Of a stretch of DNA of 49,629 nucleotides, positions 7,138-17,618 are shown piece by piece. Below the pieces are notes generated by a model, which did not search any database, had not been told where the DNA came from, and was given only the letters and a program-made list of their open reading frames with translations. Numbering within the stretch: position 1 is the first letter of the stretch; every line of letters begins with the position of its first letter. Location of the stretch: positions 1 through 49,629 of IMG/VR virus record IMGVR_UViG_3300005288_000005; one strand, 5' to 3'. This DNA comes from a virus. The translations under genes were made by a program, and so were the position numbers.

Positions 7138-9641
7138 CTATCAACGCGGGCGCCATCCAATACCAGGTTGAGATCGAAACGGCAGATGTATTAACCGGAT
7201 CACAGCAGGTCAACAAGAGTCTTGACGGCTTGCAGTCGGGATTCAATAAGACTGACAAGGCCGCTGCCGGTTCATCAAAGAGCATGGGCACTCTCGGCAA
7301 GAGCATGTCTACCGCGAGTGGTGAGGCGTCCAAGTTTGGCACTGCGCTGACTCCGTTGGCTGGCGCCATCGCCGGGATAATCTCGGTTCAAGCGCTGATG
7401 AATCTGCAAAAGCTCAGCGAGCAATTCACTCTGCTTGAGTCTCGGGTTAAGCGCCTGTCCGCAAGTGCGGCAGATGCCAAAACAAACTATGCGGCACTAA
7501 TCCAAATCTCGTCCGCTGGTGGATCAGACTTAACGACCACCATTAAGCTGTGGGAAAGCCTGACGGCTTCGCTGACTAGCCTGGGCGTTACTCGAGATCA
7601 AGTACTGAGCCTGACCGACACGCTCCAGAAGATCGGCAAGATTGGCGGGTCTAGCGCTGAAGAGATCAGTTCGGCATTGCGTCAGTTCTCTCAGGCTGTG
7701 GCAGGCGGCACGCTTCGAGCCGAAGAGTTCAACAGCATCATTGAGCAGATGCCAGAGCTTGGGCGAAAGATTGCTGACGGCCTTGGCATTCCGTTTAACG
7801 AGCTTCGTCAGCAGATGCTTGACGGGAAGCTGACGATTGATCGCGTTCTTGTAGCGATTCAGGAACAGACCGGCAAGGTTAACGCTGAGTTCAAGAATGT
7901 TCCGCGTTCTGCGGCAGACGCAGGAAACTCAATTGTCAATGCTATGGGCGTGGCAATATCCAAGATTGACCAGGCAACTGGCGCGTCTGTGGCGCTCGCC
8001 AAGGCTCTGGATGCTGTGGCTAAAGGTATTCGACTGTCGTCTGGGCAGCTTGATGACCAGCAGCAACTCGCAAAGCTTGTTACTGAGCGCGCAGCAGCTG
8101 AGCAGCAATATGCCACCCAGGTTAAATTCGGACTGAAAGAAACTGCCGCTGCCACACAAAAACGCATTGACGGCTACAACGCCGAGATCAAGGCGATTCA
8201 AGATCGAAAGGTCGCCCAGCAGAAGGCTGAGAGCGACAAACTAAAGATCACGGCGCCAGAAAACGCACCGCAATCAGACTCACAGAAAGCCCTCGACAAA
8301 CTCAAAGAGGAAGCCGAGCTAACGCGCCTTGTCGGTGTAGAGCGAGCAAAGGCAGCAGCCGCAGCAAAGCTCGGCCCTGGCGCAAAACCAGAAGAGATCG
8401 CAGAGGCGCAGAAGCTCGCAGCGGAAATCTACAACCTCGAAAACGCACGCAAGCAGGAAGGCGCGACCAACAAGAAGATAACGACCGAAAACGAGAAGCT
8501 TGCCAAGAAGGCAGCATCCGAAGAACAGCGCGGCATCGAACAAAACATCGAGGTCTACACAAAGCTTGGCGCCGAACTGGCAGCGGTCGGACAGAGTGCT
8601 CGCGATGTGGAAATGCAGCGCGCAGAGCTAAGTCTTAACGAGTTCGCCACGCCAGAGCAGATCCAGCAAGTTCGCGAGATGGCTGGCGCGCTGTATGACT
8701 TGAATCAGGCCGAGGCTAACAAAGCGCTGCTTGGGCAGGTGGATCCAGCGGCAGGCGCACAGCAAAGTCTTGAGCAACAACTAAAAGACCTGGATACGCT
8801 CAAGCAAGCCAAGATGCTTAGCGACCAAGACTATCTAATGTTCAAGGAGCAGGCTGAGACTGCATATAACGAGCGAATGCTACAGATTGAAACTGAGAGA
8901 TTCGCTGCTCAGTCTGCGCAGAATCAGGCGCTTATTGATGGACTTGACGCGCTTGGGATGGCAGGAACCCAGGCTCTAGCAGGACTTCTGTCTGGCACCA
9001 TGAGCCTACAGGAGGCGCTCGGCAATATCGCAAACACCGTACTCAATGCCGTAATCGGTTCTTTCGTACAGGCTGGCGTTGAGTGGGTTAAGCAGCAGAT
9101 CGTGATGGCGTCTGTTGGCCAGGCAACTGCTGCTGCTGCCACTGCCGCAACTGTCGCACAGGCTTCTGTAGCTTCCGCTGCATGGGCGCCTGCTGCTGCA
9201 TTCGCATCCCTAGCTTCGTTTGGCGCTAACGCCGCCCCAGCTGCCGCCGCTCTCAGCACGACTACCGCTCTCGCCTCCGGTCTATCTATTGCTGGCGGTC
9301 GAGCACTAGGCGGTCCAGTCCAAGCAAACGGCATGTACCGAGTAAACGAAACCGGTGCGCCTGAGATTTTCAACGCTGCAAATGGTCGTCAGTACATGAT
9401 GCCGAACGCACGCGGCGAAGTTGTTAGCAACAAAGATGCTACTTCTGGCGGCGGCGGTGCAGGCGCGGCTCCAATCGTCAACGTGAACAACTATGGCAAC
9501 GACTCAGCGAAAGCCTCGGCTAAGTTCAGCGAGGCAGACCGCCGCTGGGTGATCGACGTTATTGTTGGTGACGGAATGGGCGACGGTAAGACGGGTAGAA
9601 TGATTAACCAACTTAGCGGCACTCGGAGACAAGGAACTTGA
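7134..9641 (+). CDS. Tape measure protein
   Basis: 835 aa. Ala/Gln/Lys-rich coiled-coil centre, hydrophobic Ala-rich segment near the C-terminus, canonical position. Confidence 0.9.
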   Translation: MTINAGAIQYQVEIETADVLTGSQQVNKSLDGLQSGFNKTDKAAAGSSKSMGTLGKSMSTASGEASKFGTALTPLAGAIAGIISVQALMNLQKLSEQFTLLESRVKRLSASAADAKTNYAALIQISSAGGSDLTTTIKLWESLTASLTSLGVTRDQVLSLTDTLQKIGKIGGSSAEEISSALRQFSQAVAGGTLRAEEFNSIIEQMPELGRKIADGLGIPFNELRQQMLDGKLTIDRVLVAIQEQTGKVNAEFKNVPRSAADAGNSIVNAMGVAISKIDQATGASVALAKALDAVAKGIRLSSGQLDDQQQLAKLVTERAAAEQQYATQVKFGLKETAAATQKRIDGYNAEIKAIQDRKVAQQKAESDKLKITAPENAPQSDSQKALDKLKEEAELTRLVGVERAKAAAAAKLGPGAKPEEIAEAQKLAAEIYNLENARKQEGATNKKITTENEKLAKKAASEEQRGIEQNIEVYTKLGAELAAVGQSARDVEMQRAELSLNEFATPEQIQQVREMAGALYDLNQAEANKALLGQVDPAAGAQQSLEQQLKDLDTLKQAKMLSDQDYLMFKEQAETAYNERMLQIETERFAAQSAQNQALIDGLDALGMAGTQALAGLLSGTMSLQEALGNIANTVLNAVIGSFVQAGVEWVKQQIVMASVGQATAAAATAATVAQASVASAAWAPAAAFASLASFGANAAPAAAALSTTTALASGLSIAGGRALGGPVQANGMYRVNETGAPEIFNAANGRQYMMPNARGEVVSNKDATSGGGGAGAAPIVNVNNYGNDSAKASAKFSEADRRWVIDVIVGDGMGDGKTGRMINQLSGTRRQGT

Positions 9642-10126
9642 GTACTCTAATCGAGCGAGTATACGCATCGGCAGGTCCAGAAGTAATCATTGACACTATC
9701 GAACTCGCCTGCTCTGCGTGGGCTGAGTCAATCTACATTGTCAAAGGTTACGAAGACATGACATTGGGGCTTGATGGTGTCGTATACAAGGCATTCATGG
9801 CGGCCCCTATTGCCATTGCGCTACCGAAGAAAAGCAACCAGGGCAGTCAGTCGCTTAACTTCGCGATTGATAACGTAACGGGGCAGGCTCAGCGGTTGAT
9901 TGATACCGCTATTGAAAGTGAGCAGCGTATTAGGTTGACTTTCCGGCGTTACTTGGATACCGATCTTTCCGCGCCATCCGAGAATCCGTTTTATGCTACG
10001 GTGTTGGGCGGTAATGTTACAGGGACTACTGTGCAGATTGAGGCGGGGTTTGTGGACGCCTTGAACTATGCGTGGCCGCGAAAATTGTACACGACTGACT
10101 TTGCGCCAGGATTACGCTACTTATGA
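9638..10126 (+). CDS. Minor tail protein (DUF1833-like)
   Basis: TTG start overlapping the tape measure stop. 162 aa, first gene after the tape measure. Confidence 0.6.
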   Translation: MSTLIERVYASAGPEVIIDTIELACSAWAESIYIVKGYEDMTLGLDGVVYKAFMAAPIAIALPKKSNQGSQSLNFAIDNVTGQAQRLIDTAIESEQRIRLTFRRYLDTDLSAPSENPFYATVLGGNVTGTTVQIEAGFVDALNYAWPRKLYTTDFAPGLRYL

Positions 10127-10518
10127 GTGCATGGATTTCGCATTACCTGTCAGCTACCTACGAAGACGGCGCAAGAGGTCCAGACAGGTACGATTGCTAT
10201 GGTCTTTGCCGCGAAGTCCGCCACTACCATTGCGGCAAACGCCTACTCCCATCATTCGGCGCAATCCGCAACACACAACCAAAAGAGTTCACCCGCGCCT
10301 ATCAGCAAGAATCAGCCGCAATGGAAGAGTGCGCTCCTGAAGATGGCGCAATCGCCGCCGTCTTCCGTGGTCCATTATGCATCCACGTCGCTGTTATAAT
10401 TGAACTAGAAAATGGACTGCATGCGCTTGAGATAAATCCGAAAAAAGGTGCGCGCCTGCTGAGAGTTCACGACTTTGAATCCCAATACCTAAGAGTGATT
10501 TATTACCGTGACCGTTAG
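10123..10518 (+). CDS. Tail-associated NlpC/P60 (C40) peptidase-like protein
   Basis: A DRYDCYGLCREV segment resembles the catalytic-Cys motif and IHVAVI supplies a His. Its position matches lambda K. Confidence 0.6.
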   Translation: MSAWISHYLSATYEDGARGPDRYDCYGLCREVRHYHCGKRLLPSFGAIRNTQPKEFTRAYQQESAAMEECAPEDGAIAAVFRGPLCIHVAVIIELENGLHALEINPKKGARLLRVHDFESQYLRVIYYRDR

Positions 10519-13150
10519 AGTATTCGGATCAAAGCTAAATGACGAGCCGTGCGAAGAATATTCGGTTGGCGGAATGTCTGTGCGTGATTGGCTTGCAGAG
10601 AATGTTCCAAGCTATTCTGATATGGATGTTCATCCGATTAGCATTGCACTGAATGGCTGGCTTCTGCCGCCAGAAGAGTGGGCGCTGACTGTATTTACTG
10701 CGCTTGATGTAGTTGATATTACAATCGAGCCAAAAGGCACAGAACTGTTCTTCGTAGCGCTGTTTCTGGTCGCCATCAAGACCCTTACCCCGAAGATCCC
10801 AAAGGTTAACGCCACTGCACAGAATGGCGAAGATCTTAACGAAGCGTTAATTAAGGGCAACAAGGTAAAGATCAACTCGCCAGTGCGAGAGATTGCAGGC
10901 CGACGCAAGGTTTATCCTGATTACCTTCTGCCGCCGCGCCGATACTTTGCAGCGCCTCGCGAGCAACGCGTAGAGATGCTGTTATGCGTCGGCGTCGGCA
11001 ACCATGAGATTCTTGCCGAAGACGTGCTGATTGGCGACACTCCGGCTATTTCGCTGGGCGGCGATGTCACCTACAACATCTACGACTCTGGCGCTGACTT
11101 GTCTGCTGATGTCGCGCATCTGTGGTGGAATGATGTAACAGAAGTAGGCTCAAGCTCCAACGGTGCATCAGGTCTAGAGCTGACCATTGCCAATGCACTG
11201 ACGCCTAGCTTTGTCGCCGCATCCATGCAGTTCAACGCCTTCAATATCAACATCCCGCTAGGTCAGGGTGAATTCCCGTCAGATTGGACTGACAACCTGA
11301 TCATTAGAGGCATCATCCCATATCAGTACGAGTTCGTTGATGGTGGCGGATCTCGCGACATTATTCGCGGGTTTAACCTTGAAATGCTTGCTCCTACTCC
11401 TGGCGACAACATCGAGATCGCCGGAGTCAATGGCGGCCTGTATGTGGTCAACAGCTACACTCCAGCAGTCGGCCCTACACCGCCTGAGATGACGCTAGAC
11501 TTCGTTGGCGGAACTCCTGTTACGGCGCTAACGCTAGGCACAATCGCAACCTGTATCGGTCCTGTAGGTCTTCGCTATCGGATTACGGTATTCAGCGCGC
11601 AGCAGTTGACGGTTGAGCGGCTTACATCTTCTGGATCTACTGATGCCGGATTTCCTGGCTTCACCTTTCTTTCAACTACTGCTGCGACTATCGAGCTTGA
11701 TCAGTCAAGCCTTCAGGGCGGATATCGCGGCCCATTTGCAGTATGCCCGTCCGGCGAAGTTGCCACTGCTATCGAGTGGGACGTTTTCTTCCCCGGCGGC
11801 CTGGTTGGCCTCGGAGCGAAAAATGGCGAGCGCTATGCAATCCCAGCCACTCACTATTTCGAATATCGCGACATGGATATCGCTGGTGCATGGACCGTGG
11901 AGTCTCGCGGCGTAACTGCTGCATCTTTGGATGCCGTCGGATACACGTTCCGCATTGACCTACCATATCCGATGCGCGCAGAGGCCCGCATTCGTCGCAG
12001 CCCTATTGTTTCTGGTGAGTGGCAAGACTCGGCGGTCTGGTACGGTTGTCGGTCCCTATTGTCGTCACCTACTAGCTACCAAGGCGTGACAGTTATGTCG
12101 ATGAATGCCCGTGGCGGCGACAGGCTCTCGGCGCAGTCTGAGTCTATGGTTTCAGTCGAAGCCACGCGCAAACTTCCAATCCGGTCTGGCGGCCTATGGT
12201 TTCCTGAGCAAGCAACACGAGATATTGCGCCTTTCTTTGTCTATGTCGCAAAGTCGGTCGGTTACACGGATTCCGAGATTGACTACTCTGAACTTGATCG
12301 TCTTGATGCTATCTGGCAGTCACGCGGCGACCACTACGACCAGTCAACCAACTCGAATGGCACAGCTAAAGGCGTTATAAACGATGCCCTTGGCTGTGGA
12401 TTCTCTGAGCTTACCGTTGATCGTGGATTGCTTCGTCCGGCCCGTGACGAGCCGCGTATCGCCTTCGAGAGCATGTATACGCCGCAGAACATGACCGAAT
12501 CACTAGAGCGCACATTTACCGCTGTTCGCCCTGATGATTATGACGGTGTTGACGTTGAATACACTGACGGCGTGTCTTGGCAGGTTGAGACGGTTGAATG
12601 TCGCTTGCCGGGTGATGCGGCAACACGAGTCCAAAAGGTCAAAGCTGAAGGCTGCACTAATCGCACAAAGGCATGGCAGATAGGCATGCGCCAACGTCGT
12701 GCCTTGAAGTATCGCCGCTGGGAATATAACTGGTCTACCGAACTTGATGCGCTGAATAGCCGCTATCTGAGTTACGTCCAAGTGGCCGATGACGTTCCTG
12801 GCTATGCGCAATCCGCCTATATGGTTTCGTATGATGCGGGAGTTGTTGAGTCATCTGAGGCTTTCGACTGGTCAGATTCTGGGCCTCACTACTTGTACGT
12901 TCGTCGCCAAGACGGGTCTAGTGCTGGTCCATATGTAGCAACGAGAATTGACGACTTCCATCTGTCTATCTCGGGATTGGATTTCCCGCCCGATACTTCG
13001 CTTGATCGCGAGCCGCCACACTTGCTATTTGGTATTGGCTACAAAGTGCTGATTACGTCGATCTCACCAAATGGAACCGACTCCGCTAGCGTTGAGGCTA
13101 TGGCGTATAATGAGTTGGTATACGCAGACGATAACGGAACGCCTCCATGA
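10508..13150 (+). CDS. Tail tip / host-specificity protein (J-like)
   Basis: 880 aa, follows the L/K-like genes. GTG start with a weak SD. Confidence 0.75.
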   Translation: MTVRVFGSKLNDEPCEEYSVGGMSVRDWLAENVPSYSDMDVHPISIALNGWLLPPEEWALTVFTALDVVDITIEPKGTELFFVALFLVAIKTLTPKIPKVNATAQNGEDLNEALIKGNKVKINSPVREIAGRRKVYPDYLLPPRRYFAAPREQRVEMLLCVGVGNHEILAEDVLIGDTPAISLGGDVTYNIYDSGADLSADVAHLWWNDVTEVGSSSNGASGLELTIANALTPSFVAASMQFNAFNINIPLGQGEFPSDWTDNLIIRGIIPYQYEFVDGGGSRDIIRGFNLEMLAPTPGDNIEIAGVNGGLYVVNSYTPAVGPTPPEMTLDFVGGTPVTALTLGTIATCIGPVGLRYRITVFSAQQLTVERLTSSGSTDAGFPGFTFLSTTAATIELDQSSLQGGYRGPFAVCPSGEVATAIEWDVFFPGGLVGLGAKNGERYAIPATHYFEYRDMDIAGAWTVESRGVTAASLDAVGYTFRIDLPYPMRAEARIRRSPIVSGEWQDSAVWYGCRSLLSSPTSYQGVTVMSMNARGGDRLSAQSESMVSVEATRKLPIRSGGLWFPEQATRDIAPFFVYVAKSVGYTDSEIDYSELDRLDAIWQSRGDHYDQSTNSNGTAKGVINDALGCGFSELTVDRGLLRPARDEPRIAFESMYTPQNMTESLERTFTAVRPDDYDGVDVEYTDGVSWQVETVECRLPGDAATRVQKVKAEGCTNRTKAWQIGMRQRRALKYRRWEYNWSTELDALNSRYLSYVQVADDVPGYAQSAYMVSYDAGVVESSEAFDWSDSGPHYLYVRRQDGSSAGPYVATRIDDFHLSISGLDFPPDTSLDREPPHLLFGIGYKVLITSISPNGTDSASVEAMAYNELVYADDNGTPP

Positions 13151-13686
13151 TCTTGTATCCAGAAGGATTGCCACGAGGCCTTCAAAACGGAAGAACATAT
13201 CAAACAGTTAGCCCGCTAAAGCGATCAGAACTCGCTAGCGGGCGCGCTCGTCAGCGTCGTAACTTCACCAGTGTTCCAACTATGGCTCAGGTTAGCTGGT
13301 TATTCAATAGCCAGCAATGCCGCCTGTTTGAAATCTGGTGGCGCGACGATCTAATTGACGGTTCGCAATGGTTCGAGGCGCCACTTGCCACTCCATTGGC
13401 GTACATGGAGTACACCGCAAGATTCACTGATATCTATTCTGGTCCTTCGCGAGTCGGCCCAAATCTTTGGAGCATTACGGCGGAACTTGAGCTAAGAGAG
13501 CGCCCACTGCTGCCTATCGGATGGTCGATCCTGCCAAGCTTTATACTTAACCCTGAGATTTTCGACTACGCAATGAACCGCGAGTGGCCTTTGTTCGATC
13601 AAGGTTCCGTGATTCAAATGCAACTTGAGGACGGCACGCCAATGCTTCTCGAGGATGGCACACCTTTTTATCTGGAGAACTCGTAA
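13147..13686 (+). CDS. Distal tail protein, hypothetical
   Basis: ATGA coupling. 179 aa. C-terminal LEDGTPMLLEDGTPFYLEN repeat. Confidence 0.6.
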   Translation: MILYPEGLPRGLQNGRTYQTVSPLKRSELASGRARQRRNFTSVPTMAQVSWLFNSQQCRLFEIWWRDDLIDGSQWFEAPLATPLAYMEYTARFTDIYSGPSRVGPNLWSITAELELRERPLLPIGWSILPSFILNPEIFDYAMNREWPLFDQGSVIQMQLEDGTPMLLEDGTPFYLENS

Positions 13687-14591
13687 TGGCCGGAAAATTA
13701 ACAGAACAGCCGGCAGCGGCAGCGGGCGCGGAGGACGATCTTTATTTGGTCGTGCAGGCAGTGCAAAGCCGCAAGCAGACTAGGACTCAGCTCAGGACGG
13801 CGATCCTCAGCGCGTGGCAGACGTTCATCCGCAACTTCCTCGGATCGGCGACACCGGCTATTGCGCGCACCAATCTAGGCGTTGCAATCGGCACCGATGT
13901 TCAGGCGTATGACGGCGATCTATCAGCGCTTGCTGGAGTCGGCACAGCCGGTCTTCTTGCTCGAACCGGTGCGGGCACGGCTGCTGCTCGAACGCTTACC
14001 GGTACCGCGAACAAAATAACCGTGACCGGTGGAGACGGCGTATCTGGGAACCCAACTTTTACACTTCCCGATGCCCTGACCCTCGTTACGCCGACCATAA
14101 CCGGGCTTATGGACTTACCGGGTGGGCAGATCAAGTTTCCGGCTACACAAGTTCCGTCGGCGGACCCGAATACACTGGACGACTATGAGGAAGGCTCATG
14201 GACTATGGGGCTTACGTTCGCCACGCCAGGCGATCTTAACGTCGTCTATAGCGCTCAAACCGGTCGATACACAAAAGCAGGTCGTGCATTCCTGTACGAC
14301 GGCACGGTTACAACAACCACTTTTACCTATACGACCGGAACAGGTACTTTGCGAGTAACCGGGCTGCCAATTGCTTCCGGCGGAGGAACCCCAGCAGTGT
14401 CGCTAGGTCGCTGGACAGGGGTCGTCAGCGCGGTGGCTACGCCACAAATCGTAGGGCTGGTCAGCTCTCCGAATATTCAGTTTGAAGTCATGAACGTGGC
14501 CGCAGGCACAACCGCGACACTCACACAGGCGAATGCCGCGAGCGGTGTTCAAAAAAGCATAATTCTCAGCGGCCAATACGCAACCGCTTAA
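13686..14591 (+). CDS. Tail fibre protein
   Basis: N-terminal DDLYLV..S.K.T..QL pattern and Gly/Thr-rich shaft. Confidence 0.7.
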   Translation: MAGKLTEQPAAAAGAEDDLYLVVQAVQSRKQTRTQLRTAILSAWQTFIRNFLGSATPAIARTNLGVAIGTDVQAYDGDLSALAGVGTAGLLARTGAGTAAARTLTGTANKITVTGGDGVSGNPTFTLPDALTLVTPTITGLMDLPGGQIKFPATQVPSADPNTLDDYEEGSWTMGLTFATPGDLNVVYSAQTGRYTKAGRAFLYDGTVTTTTFTYTTGTGTLRVTGLPIASGGGTPAVSLGRWTGVVSAVATPQIVGLVSSPNIQFEVMNVAAGTTATLTQANAASGVQKSIILSGQYATA

Positions 14592-14601
14592 GGAGCGACC
14601 A

Positions 14602-14874
14602 ATGATTTATAGAAAAACAGTTTTGGACCAGCCTGAGTTGCATCGCTCCGGCCTTCTTCAGATTCGGCTTGCGTTCCTGCTTATGGAGGACGATGCCGAA
14701 CTTTCTTGTGCGTGGCACCGCGCGGCCATCGAGCTTGATGGCGACGTACAGGCGCAGATGGACTTTGTAAACGAGCACCTTGCCATTATGGAGCCTCCAA
14801 TGCCGCCGCTGCCGCAAGAAGATATCGACTTCATTAAGGCATGCCACGATCTAATGAAGGAACGATTCCAATGA
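14602..14874 (+). CDS. Hypothetical 90-aa protein (possible fibre/spike accessory)
   Basis: AAGGAG SD. ATGA overlap with the tailspike gene. Confidence 0.55.
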   Translation: MIYRKTVLDQPELHRSGLLQIRLAFLLMEDDAELSCAWHRAAIELDGDVQAQMDFVNEHLAIMEPPMPPLPQEDIDFIKACHDLMKERFQ

Positions 14875-16904
14875 CAACCTACAACACCGGCAATCCTATT
14901 GGATCTACTGAAGTAAAGGATCTTTACGATAACGCCGAGAACCTAGACTACGCTGTAAACGGTACGCCGGTTACTTGGGTTGACCGATTCGGCGTGGTTC
15001 GCAAGTCGTGGGCTGGCATCGAACTTGATTTCGAGAACTTCCTACTGGCTAGCGGGTATGAGTTCCTTGGCGACTATGATGACGTTGGCGAGCTTACCTT
15101 TACCCGCCCGAACCAGATCATGTCTAAGGACGGCGAATACTGGCGCCCCGGTCCATCTCTCGCACTGCCGTACACGACCGTAAATAATTGGGTAATCGAT
15201 CAGCCGAAGTTTGTATCGACCGGCGATGCCTCGTTGCGTCAAGCGCTTGCGGCGTCTGATGGCACGACCATTATTGGGTTTGGTGATCGAACTCTTTTCC
15301 AAAAGCTCACAGACGAGATGGTTAGCGTAAAAGACGCTCCATTTAACGCGGTTGGTGACGGCGTAGCGGATGATACTGCGGCCATTCAGGCGCTCGCGGA
15401 CTACATCGCCGCGCAGACGCAGTTCGGGCTTACCACTTCCGGTTCTCTTAGCGCTGCGTACTCTGGCACGTCTCCAATTGCGCATTTCCCTCCTGGGACA
15501 TACCGAACTACGGCTGTCGTTACTTGGGGTTCGTACCTCGAAATCGTAGGCGACTCAGCGATCATCAAACAGGACGACCCTGACGCCGATATTTTCGACA
15601 TTGATCTATATCAGTTCAAAATGTCTGGCATGCAGTTCGTTGGCGGTCGTCACCACTTGCGCGTCCATAACGCGAACATCAACTCTTCGATGTTCGAGAT
15701 CGACCACTGCCAGTTCTTCTTGTCGCGCAGCTATGCCATCAAGACTCTGGCAACGGGTGGCGTATGGACGCATATGTCTGCAAACGGCACAATGAGCAAC
15801 TGCCGCTGGATTTCCTGCCGTCGGATTCTAGATAACTGCTTTGACAGCATGGTTGTCAGCGATCCATGGTTGCAGCCTGACTCTACGAACCTTGACGCCA
15901 GTGCTGCATCGATCAACAACCGTGGCGCAACTCCGACAGACCCTGGCGCACAGACTCGCCTGTTTATTCAGCGCGGCTTTGGCATTCCTGCCGTGGGCGC
16001 ATACGGCGTTGATCGCCCCGCCAACATCCGATGGGTGGATAACTGGGGCAGCTTCATATCCGAAGACGTTCGATGGGGTGGTGAATTCGGCGGCATGCGG
16101 ATTGTTGATCACTTGGCCGTACCTGACGCATCATTTCCGTGGAACAAAACAGAGGTTAGCGTTACTGGCGGACTGGCGTTCTGCGGGCCTAGCGATGACC
16201 CTAATGCCTGCATCATGGGAATCCAGGGCCAAGTTCCGAACAGCATGACTTTCGGTGATTACGCAGGGCAAGTAAGCAGCCCGCTGATCCGAAACATTTC
16301 CTCAACTGATTTGACAGCGTACTTCGCAAACTTCCAAGCGACAACGGGCAAGCTGGCGTCTGAGTATTTCAAACTTGATGCGCGAAACATCATTACAGAT
16401 CTGCGCGCCTACACACCGATGCGTCCATTCATGCCGGATGGATTGTATCCGTATCTTATAAATGGCCGCAACACTCGGATAATCAAAACCACACAAAGCC
16501 TTGCAAATGCTAGCGCTAACAACATTGTCTCTTTCAGTCTTGCGCCTGAATACGACTTGGTTGCCGGAGCTTTCGTTCCAGCGAACCCTACACGCATTAA
16601 TATGCCTAACGGCTGCTCAAAGATGCGCGTAGAAGTAGATATTGTTATTGATGCCAGCGACAACTTGGCAAAAGCAATTTCTGCGCAAATCCAGAACTCT
16701 GCTGGCGTTCGCTGGAAAGGAATAAGTGCGGTATACGGATTCGACGGAAAAGCAAACCCATACGGAGACAACATTCACTTTACTACGGATGTTTATGGCG
16801 CTCCCGGCACATACTGGGAGCTAAACATTAAGCATAACGGAACTACCGCTAGAAACATGATCAGTTGTCAAGTTGTAATGACGCCACTCGACATGATCAT
16901 CTAA
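14871..16904 (+). CDS. Tailspike / depolymerase with pectate-lyase-like right-handed beta-helix
   Basis: N-terminus MTTYNTGNPIGSTEVKDLYDNAENLDYAVNG and a VKDAPFNAVGDGVADDTAAIQA motif. Confidence 0.75.
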   Translation: MTTYNTGNPIGSTEVKDLYDNAENLDYAVNGTPVTWVDRFGVVRKSWAGIELDFENFLLASGYEFLGDYDDVGELTFTRPNQIMSKDGEYWRPGPSLALPYTTVNNWVIDQPKFVSTGDASLRQALAASDGTTIIGFGDRTLFQKLTDEMVSVKDAPFNAVGDGVADDTAAIQALADYIAAQTQFGLTTSGSLSAAYSGTSPIAHFPPGTYRTTAVVTWGSYLEIVGDSAIIKQDDPDADIFDIDLYQFKMSGMQFVGGRHHLRVHNANINSSMFEIDHCQFFLSRSYAIKTLATGGVWTHMSANGTMSNCRWISCRRILDNCFDSMVVSDPWLQPDSTNLDASAASINNRGATPTDPGAQTRLFIQRGFGIPAVGAYGVDRPANIRWVDNWGSFISEDVRWGGEFGGMRIVDHLAVPDASFPWNKTEVSVTGGLAFCGPSDDPNACIMGIQGQVPNSMTFGDYAGQVSSPLIRNISSTDLTAYFANFQATTGKLASEYFKLDARNIITDLRAYTPMRPFMPDGLYPYLINGRNTRIIKTTQSLANASANNIVSFSLAPEYDLVAGAFVPANPTRINMPNGCSKMRVEVDIVIDASDNLAKAISAQIQNSAGVRWKGISAVYGFDGKANPYGDNIHFTTDVYGAPGTYWELNIKHNGTTARNMISCQVVMTPLDMII

Positions 16905-16938
16905 ATAAAAACCCCGCTCACAAGGCGGGGTTTGTTTT
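16904..16938. terminator. Bidirectional intrinsic terminator
   Basis: AATAAAA-ACCCCGC-tcacaag-GCGGGGT-TTGTTTT, between convergent operons. Confidence 0.85.
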
Positions 16939-17131
16939 AGTGGATGGTTGGCCCGTCAGGAAGTAACGCAGGCGTGTCACCCTCATACAAAAGTTCAGCA
17001 ATCATTACATAGTGATCGGTGTCTTTGCATGGCTCCATTTGGATGTTGAATCCTTGCATGGCTAGATCCGATACAAGATCAGAAATCATGTCTGGCTCAG
17101 GGAAGAAGGTTAGTTTTATGCGTTGGCTCAT
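16937..17131 (-). CDS. Hypothetical 64-aa protein
   Basis: Internal ATG with an AGGA SD. The track ORF extends to 17167. Confidence 0.55.
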   Translation of the reverse strand: MSQRIKLTFFPEPDMISDLVSDLAMQGFNIQMEPCKDTDHYVMIAELLYEGDTPALLPDGPTIH

Positions 17132-17212
17132 TTGATTGGTTTCCTGATCGGCTGGGTTCCGGTGCATTCATTGCAATAAAGAATTCCAAGGCTCTGAAAA
17201 AATACAGCCCCA

Positions 17213-17401
17213 CTACCGCTGATTTCGTGCTTGCATTCGCAAACTTTCTCCGAGAACTCTAAGCTCTTCGCGCATTTCAACAACTCCAGCGAGGAACATG
17301 TTTTTCTCTGGTCCGTTTTGATAGGGTGATTCACTCTTTCCCTCCAAGAAGGCGACCTTGCCTTCTAGATAATATTTGTTGGATAGCGCGCTGTGTTGCA
17401 T
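17213..17401 (-). CDS. Small protein weakly resembling the Rmf/CrpP fold
   Basis: TAAcATG coupling to the upstream gene. YYLEGKVAFLEGKSESPYQNGPEKNMFLAGVVE. Preferred over the overlapping 17128..17334 frame. Confidence 0.5.
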   Translation of the reverse strand: MQHSALSNKYYLEGKVAFLEGKSESPYQNGPEKNMFLAGVVEMREELRVLGESLRMQARNQR

Positions 17402-17402
17402 G

Positions 17403-17618
17403 TTATTTCCCCATCGAGAGCAATGCTTCGTCTAGCCTTGTGGATAGCCATCTAGCACTCTGAGCCGCAGCAATCAACTCTAGCAATGCTGCCCGATTTG
17501 CAGCGTGACGAATTTTGTTCTGTTCGCTGTGGCACTTGATGCAGGCCCTGTTCGGCAAGTAGCGACGGCCAGCAATCTCTGGATGCTTTGCGCACTCATC
17601 GCCGTAGAAGGATCTCAT
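17403..17618 (-). CDS. Hypothetical 71-aa zinc-ribbon-like protein
   Basis: C..H ... C..C spacing (DECAKHPE...RACIKCHS). Confidence 0.6.
   Translation of the reverse strand: MRSFYGDECAKHPEIAGRRYLPNRACIKCHSEQNKIRHAANRAALLELIAAAQSARWLSTRLDEALLSMGK

Noticed and set aside
10392-10400. Perfect extended -10 TGtTATAAT inside the NlpC/P60-like gene
   Set aside because: A single intragenic occurrence is about what chance predicts for an 8-position pattern on both strands of 50 kb.
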